Shown here piece by piece: positions 59,148-64,000 of a DNA stretch of 64,000 bases (positions within the stretch are counted from its first letter, which is position 1; every line of letters begins with the position of its first letter). The notes under the pieces are model-generated. The model ran no database searches. It was not told where the DNA came from and saw only the letters and a list, made by a program, of their open reading frames with translations. The stretch comes from an uncultured Gammaproteobacteria bacterium (GTDB lineage: Bacteria; Patescibacteriota; Patescibacteriia; GWA2-47-26), in NCBI GenBank assembly GCA_964532925.1, contig CAZHIP010000001.1:11227-75226 (forward strand). Direction: 5' to 3'. Both the position numbers and the translations under genes were made by a program.

Positions 59148-59687
59148 ATGTTGAGCAAGTTTTATTCGGTCCTTATTGGAATCGTTATTGCCCTTACGAT
59201 GTTAGGTCTTGTCGTGGCTGGTGTAACCAAGGTGCGTATGAGTCGTCAGGCAGTGACGCCCGAAGTAGTGACTGATGTTGCTCCTGCCGCGACGTTACCG
59301 GTTGCAGAAGCTCCCGTCGTAGAAGCACCGGTAGTCGCAAATCCAGGCGATGCCGACACAGGTATTGCTATCAAAGGTTCAGTCGGTACAGAGGCGAAAG
59401 TAGAAGAACCAAAAGTACGCGACATTACGATTCTCGCAAAAAATTTCAAATTTGAGCCATCGCAAGTGAAAGTGAAAAAAGGTGAAAAAGTTACTATTAC
59501 GGTGAAGTCAGCTGAGGGCGTGCATAATTTATTTATCGGCGGCTACGATGTTCGCTCCGATGTGAAGGGGATGAGCGAGAGCGCTACGGTTTCATTTGTT
59601 GCTGACAAGACTGGCACCTTTGACATGTGGTGCGAGGTTGGTTCGCACAAAGCGTTAGGCATGACAGGGAAGTTGATTGTTGAATAA
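59148..59687 (+). CDS. membrane-anchored cupredoxin-domain (type 1 copper) protein
   Basis: TM anchor, Ala/Pro/Val-rich linker, then a cupredoxin-like C-terminus GVHNLFIGG...MWCEVGSHKALGMTG with His/Cys/His/Met ligands. Confidence 0.6.
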   Translation: MLSKFYSVLIGIVIALTMLGLVVAGVTKVRMSRQAVTPEVVTDVAPAATLPVAEAPVVEAPVVANPGDADTGIAIKGSVGTEAKVEEPKVRDITILAKNFKFEPSQVKVKKGEKVTITVKSAEGVHNLFIGGYDVRSDVKGMSESATVSFVADKTGTFDMWCEVGSHKALGMTGKLIVE

Positions 59688-59722
59688 TAAGAAAACCTTT
59701 CGACACGCTCAGGGATTATTGC

Positions 59723-60583
59723 ATGAGTCATATTCACGATACAAAAATTGCAGAGATTGAATTGATTGCGAATGAGATTCGCGAGTTGATTATTGAATCT
59801 CTGGTGGCAGCTGGTTCCGGTCATTCTGCAGGACCACTCGGTATGGCAGATATTTTTGCTGCACTGTATTTTCATGTGCTTCACCATGATCCTGAAAACC
59901 CAACATGGCCAGAACGGGATCGACTGATTTTGTCGAATGGGCATATTTGTCCAGTTCGGTATGCTGCCATGGCGCGAGCGGGCTATTTCCCGATTTGGGA
60001 GTTAAAAAGTTTGCGGAAATTCGGTTCACGATTACAAGGTCATCCAGAACGCGGGAGGCTGCCGGGGCTTGAAACGACATCTGGGCCGCTTGGTTCTGGT
60101 CTTGGGCAAGCTGCGGGTATGGCGTATGCGGCGCGGATGGATTCACAAACATGGCGAACGTATTGCGTTATGTCTGATGCAGAACAAGCATGTGGGGTTA
60201 CGTATGAAGCCATGCTGTTTGCGGGGCGTAATCGACTTTCAAATCTCGTTGGTATTATTGATCGCAACAACATTCAAATCGACGGTTTTACTGAAGATAT
60301 TATGCCGCTCGAGTCGTTGCGCGCCAAATATGAAGCTTGTAATTGGCACGTTATTGAAATCGGGGGACACAACATCGAGCAATTTATTGATGCCGTGGAA
60401 GAAGCAAAAGCCGTCTACGAAAAACCAACATGCATCATCGCCCACACCATACCTGGTCGCGGTGTTTCATTTATGGAACAAAAGTTTGAGTGGCATGGTA
60501 TTCCACCAAAACCAGAGCAGGCGAAGATTGCGCTCGCAGAGCTCAGGACTCTGGGGGGCAAAATTAAAAGTGAACACGAATAG
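59723..60583 (+). CDS. transketolase, N-terminal (TPP-binding) subunit
   Basis: GHSAGPLGMADIF...ERDRLILSNGH thiamine-diphosphate-binding region; split-transketolase arrangement. Confidence 0.85.
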   Translation: MSHIHDTKIAEIELIANEIRELIIESLVAAGSGHSAGPLGMADIFAALYFHVLHHDPENPTWPERDRLILSNGHICPVRYAAMARAGYFPIWELKSLRKFGSRLQGHPERGRLPGLETTSGPLGSGLGQAAGMAYAARMDSQTWRTYCVMSDAEQACGVTYEAMLFAGRNRLSNLVGIIDRNNIQIDGFTEDIMPLESLRAKYEACNWHVIEIGGHNIEQFIDAVEEAKAVYEKPTCIIAHTIPGRGVSFMEQKFEWHGIPPKPEQAKIALAELRTLGGKIKSEHE

Positions 60584-60589
60584 GCTTGT

Positions 60590-61585
60590 ATGGACATCAA
60601 TCAGAACATGCGGCTCAATCCGCACATATTTAACGCAGAACATTTAGAAGAGCGCCCAACCCGCGATGGGTATGGTCAGGGCTTGGTTGCTGCGGGTCAT
60701 GCAAACCAAAATCTTGTGGTGTTGTGCGCTGATCTTACGGAGTCAACGCGATCGCTGGCGTTTAAAAAAGAATTTCCTGAGCGATTTGTTCAGATGGGTG
60801 TGTCGGAGCAGTCACTCGTGGTGGTTGCCGCAGGAATGGCGCTTTCGGGGAAGGTTCCATGGGTTGCTTCCTATGCAGCGTTTTGTCCGGGTCGTGCGTG
60901 GGAGCAGATTCGTACGAGTGTTGCGTTGCAAAATGTGAATGTAAAAATTGCCGGAGCGCATGCGGGTGTATCGGTTGGCCCTGATGGCGCGACACATCAA
61001 GCACTGGAAGACATAGCCACCATGCGGGTTATGCCGAACATGGTAGTGGTCGCACCTGCTGATACGATCGAAACGCGGAAAGCGATTATTGCGGCATCCG
61101 CATACCCAGGGCCAGTGTATGTTCGGTTTACACGCGAAAAATCTCCTATTTTTACTACCGAAGAAACGCCCTTTACTATCGGGAAAGCAAATATCTTAAC
61201 AGAAGGTCGAGACGTAGCAATCGTTGCATGTGGTCCGCTCGTGCATAATGCACTTTTGGCAGCGTATGCACTCTCAAAAGAAGGAATACAGTGTCGCGTT
61301 ATCAATAATCACACCATAAAACCAATGGATGAGGCAGCTATTATTGCCGCAGCGCGAGATTGTGGTGCGATCGTTACGGTAGAAGAACATCAAGTCCACG
61401 GTGGTATGGGTTCGCGCGTCGCAGAGATTGTTACTCAGGTTGCGCCATGTCCTATGGAGTTTGTTGGTGTCCGCGATCGCTACGGTGAATCGGGTGAACC
61501 AACGGAATTGATTGAAGCTTTGGGCATGGGAGTGGGGGCAATTCAACATGCGGTGAAAACCGTCTTCGCACGGAAGCGCTCTTAG
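60590..61585 (+). CDS. transketolase, C-terminal (pyrimidine-binding) subunit
   Basis: Transketolase middle and C-terminal domains; directly follows the N-terminal subunit gene. Confidence 0.85.
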   Translation: MDINQNMRLNPHIFNAEHLEERPTRDGYGQGLVAAGHANQNLVVLCADLTESTRSLAFKKEFPERFVQMGVSEQSLVVVAAGMALSGKVPWVASYAAFCPGRAWEQIRTSVALQNVNVKIAGAHAGVSVGPDGATHQALEDIATMRVMPNMVVVAPADTIETRKAIIAASAYPGPVYVRFTREKSPIFTTEETPFTIGKANILTEGRDVAIVACGPLVHNALLAAYALSKEGIQCRVINNHTIKPMDEAAIIAAARDCGAIVTVEEHQVHGGMGSRVAEIVTQVAPCPMEFVGVRDRYGESGEPTELIEALGMGVGAIQHAVKTVFARKRS

Positions 61586-61586
61586 T

Positions 61587-62561
61587 ATGCTCGATGTTAT
61601 TGCAATTGGAGATGTTACCCTCGATACCTTTGTTGGTATCAAAGATGCAACAGTCACGTGTAGTATCCATAAAGAAGACTGTAAGCTTTGCTTGAGTTAC
61701 GCCGACAAGATTCCGGTGACGAGTTTTGAACAAAAAAGTGCCGGTAATGCCGGTAATGTTGCTGTTTCTTGGGCGCGGTTAGGTCTCCGTTCGGCGATTT
61801 ATACTCACATTGGTGATGACGAACCTGGTCTAAAGATTAAGCGTTCGTTGGCTCGCGAAGGAGTGATGATGAAGTATGTGCATGTAGACAGCGGAAAACC
61901 AAGCAACAACTCAATCGTCCTAAACTTTCAAGGAGAGCGAACTATTTTGGTGTACCATCATCCACGAGATTATGCTATTCCAAAACTCGAAGTCACGCGC
62001 TGGATGTACTACACGTCAGCAGCACCGGAGCACCATAAACTGCAAGAAGAAGTCGTTCGAACCATTCGTGGTCTTCATGGCAAAATGAAGTTAGCTTTTA
62101 ATCCTGGCACACATCAGCTGAAGTTAGGTTTAAAAAAACTTTCACCAGTCTTAGCACTTACTTCGGTTTTGTGTATCAATAAAGAAGAGGGAGAACGCTT
62201 GGTGGGCAAAAAACTCGATAGTATTGCTCTGATGCACGTGCTCAAGAAATCCGGACCAGAGATTGTGGTGGTAACAGATGGCCCGAATGGTGCATATGCT
62301 TATAATGGTGTGCAGTCGTATGGTATGCCAACCATGCCAGTCAAAGTAGTAGAGCGCACAGGTGCAGGAGATGCGTTTGCGGCAGGTTATTTGGCGGCCG
62401 CCATGCGCGGGGAGCCGATGAAAGAAGCATTACGGTGGGGTACTGCAAATTCTGCGGGGGTCATACAAAAAGTGGGACCTCAAGCTGGACTCTTGGATAT
62501 TCATGATATGGAGATGATGTTGGCACGATTTAAAAAAGTAGTACCTAAGAAGCTTGGATAA
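61587..62561 (+). CDS. PfkB-family carbohydrate/nucleoside kinase
   Basis: C-terminal TGAGDAFAAGYL (ribokinase-family anion hole / ATP motif) and an N-terminal GG-type substrate lid. Confidence 0.75.
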   Translation: MLDVIAIGDVTLDTFVGIKDATVTCSIHKEDCKLCLSYADKIPVTSFEQKSAGNAGNVAVSWARLGLRSAIYTHIGDDEPGLKIKRSLAREGVMMKYVHVDSGKPSNNSIVLNFQGERTILVYHHPRDYAIPKLEVTRWMYYTSAAPEHHKLQEEVVRTIRGLHGKMKLAFNPGTHQLKLGLKKLSPVLALTSVLCINKEEGERLVGKKLDSIALMHVLKKSGPEIVVVTDGPNGAYAYNGVQSYGMPTMPVKVVERTGAGDAFAAGYLAAAMRGEPMKEALRWGTANSAGVIQKVGPQAGLLDIHDMEMMLARFKKVVPKKLG

Positions 62562-62564
62562 TGT

Positions 62565-63401
62565 ATGGCTTTGTTTATTTTGCCGTTTGATCATCGCGCT
62601 GGCCTGGAGCGTGAACTATTTGGAATCACCGATCAGAAACTTACTGCTCGCGAACGATCAACCATGGTGCTTGTGAAAGAAATTATTTTTAATGGCTTCA
62701 AGAAGGCCATGCCGCAGCTCAATGGTGAGGGCATGGTTTTGGTTGATGAAGAGTTTGGTAGCACGGTTCTTGATCGCGCACAAAAAGCAAAAATTCAATT
62801 CGCGTTGACGACCGAGAAAAGTGGTTCACCGGTGTTTGAGTTTATCCATGGGAAAAATTTTGGTAAGGCTATTCTCAAGCGTTCTCCGCGATATGCAAAG
62901 GCCCTTGTTCGATATATCGTCGGAGAAGAAGAGGTAAATGCTGCGCAGCGAGCACGGCTTCGAGAACTGTCTGACTGGTGCCGGTTGCACGGTATTGGAT
63001 TACTGCTTGAGCCACTTTTGGGCAAGGAACAACCATCGGCAAAACTCATGGTAACCATGATGAAGGAAATCATTGATGCGGGAATTCGACCGTCTTTGTG
63101 GAAGGTTGAGGGTCTAAAGAAATCCTCGGACTGGAAGAAGGTTCGCACGATTGCTGGTGCCCCGATTGTTGTGTTGGGTCGTGCATCGTCTGCGACCGCT
63201 GTTCGCGCATGGCTACAGGCAGCCGCAGAAAGCGGGCAGGTGGAAGGTTTTGCGGTGGGGCGAACCATTTTTATGGATCCACTCAAACAGTTTGTTGCAG
63301 GCAAAATAACGAAAACTGCTGCAAGTGAAGCGATTGCGAAATCATTTCTTAGTTTTGTGTCATCATGGAATCGAGCGGCGACAACGGTATATAAAAAATA
63401 A
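62565..63401 (+). CDS. DUF2090-like putative aldolase (IolC C-terminal-domain-like)
   Basis: MALFILPFDHRAGLE N-terminus and a TIM-barrel-like alternation of segments. Adjacent to the PfkB kinase, as in fused kinase/aldolase proteins. Assignment from memory of the family. Confidence 0.35.
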   Translation: MALFILPFDHRAGLERELFGITDQKLTARERSTMVLVKEIIFNGFKKAMPQLNGEGMVLVDEEFGSTVLDRAQKAKIQFALTTEKSGSPVFEFIHGKNFGKAILKRSPRYAKALVRYIVGEEEVNAAQRARLRELSDWCRLHGIGLLLEPLLGKEQPSAKLMVTMMKEIIDAGIRPSLWKVEGLKKSSDWKKVRTIAGAPIVVLGRASSATAVRAWLQAAAESGQVEGFAVGRTIFMDPLKQFVAGKITKTAASEAIAKSFLSFVSSWNRAATTVYKK

Positions 63402-63405
63402 TGCT

Positions 63406-64000
63406 ATGCCTCGTATTTTTGTAACTCGTATCATTCCCGATGAGGGGATCAATCTCTTAGAGAGCAAGGGGTTTGAGGTTGATGTGTATCCACATGACGA
63501 AATTATTTCACGTCGAGAATTGCTCGCGCGCGTACGTGGAGTTGATGCGATCCTTTCGATTTTGACAGATAAAATAGATGAAGGCGTTTTGAAGGCAGCG
63601 GGATCGCAATTAAAAATCGTGGCCAATTATGCGGTGGGTTTTGATAACATTGATTTGGCTGCTGCGGCGAAATGTAACATCTTTGTTACGAATGCGCCGG
63701 GTCCAGAAATTGCCGAAGCAGTTGCTGAACACACCATAGCACTGATGCTCGGTCTCTCGCGTCGCATTGCTGAGTCCGATAGGTTTACTCGCCAGGGTAA
63801 ATACACTGGTTGGGGGCCACAAATGATGCTTGGGAGCGCGCTCAAAGGGAAGACGCTGGGTATTGTTGGGCTTGGGCGTATCGGCTATGTGGCGGCGGAA
63901 CATGCGGTTATGGGGTTTGGTATGAACGTTGTGTATTTTGATCATAAGACGCACGAAGATTTTGAAAAGCAATACGGAGCAAAAAACATGCCGCTCAAAA
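63406..64000 (+). CDS. D-isomer-specific 2-hydroxyacid dehydrogenase (glycerate/glyoxylate reductase-like), 5' partial
   Basis: MPRIFVTRIIPDEG...; NAD-binding GIVGLGRIG; runs off the end of the window. Confidence 0.75.
   Translation, partial: MPRIFVTRIIPDEGINLLESKGFEVDVYPHDEIISRRELLARVRGVDAILSILTDKIDEGVLKAAGSQLKIVANYAVGFDNIDLAAAAKCNIFVTNAPGPEIAEAVAEHTIALMLGLSRRIAESDRFTRQGKYTGWGPQMMLGSALKGKTLGIVGLGRIGYVAAEHAVMGFGMNVVYFDHKTHEDFEKQYGAKNMPLK

Noticed and set aside
1-64000. CRISPR arrays, rRNA genes, transposases/integrases, prophage blocks
   Set aside because: No short direct-repeat/spacer periodicity, no rRNA-like conserved stretches, and no recombinase- or transposase-like translations were seen. 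The AT-rich islands are too small and carry no mobility genes.

Overview
The window reads as a gene-dense bacterial chromosomal segment (standard genetic code, about 50% GC). It is mostly housekeeping: infB, trxA/trxB, gdhA, leuS, ftsK, recA, an rpsF-ssb-rpsR-epmA-efp cluster, a CCA-adding enzyme, rluD, cmk, rplS, uvrA, secG, RNase J, trpS, ruvA, ileS and a pentose-phosphate block (rpiB, rpe, split transketolase). I also call four tRNAs (Val-GAC, Ile-UAU, Leu-CAG, Gly-UCC) and an RNase P RNA (rnpB). I found no rRNA, CRISPR array, transposase or integrase. Accessory-looking content is a cell-envelope glycan locus (priming sugar transferase, three GT4 glycosyltransferases, a DUF4012-like membrane protein, a DUF11-like repeat surface protein and an O-antigen-ligase/TPR protein) plus several secreted cysteine-rich hypothetical proteins. 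Two candidates stand out as possibly undescribed. First, the isoleucyl-tRNA synthetase carries an apparently intact histidine-phosphatase (PGAM-like) domain inserted in-frame inside its catalytic core. Second, a DsbA-like thioredoxin-fold oxidoreductase (CPYS site) is translationally coupled to a 520-aa surface protein with about 40 cysteines and a VirB2/TrbC-like two-helix membrane module. Lesser observations are an unusual tRNA-Ile(UAU), a tRNA-Gly(UCC) next to a FemABX-family transferase, a protein carrying only sigma-70 region 4, a near-perfect divergent consensus promoter controlling a TrmB-family regulator and a small two-gene operon, a 30-nt dispersed repeat, and a roughly 450-nt structured intergenic gap. 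All calls rest on reading the translations and the DNA by eye; no searches were run. The overall gene content resembles small-genome (CPR/Patescibacteria-like) bacteria, but that is inference only.
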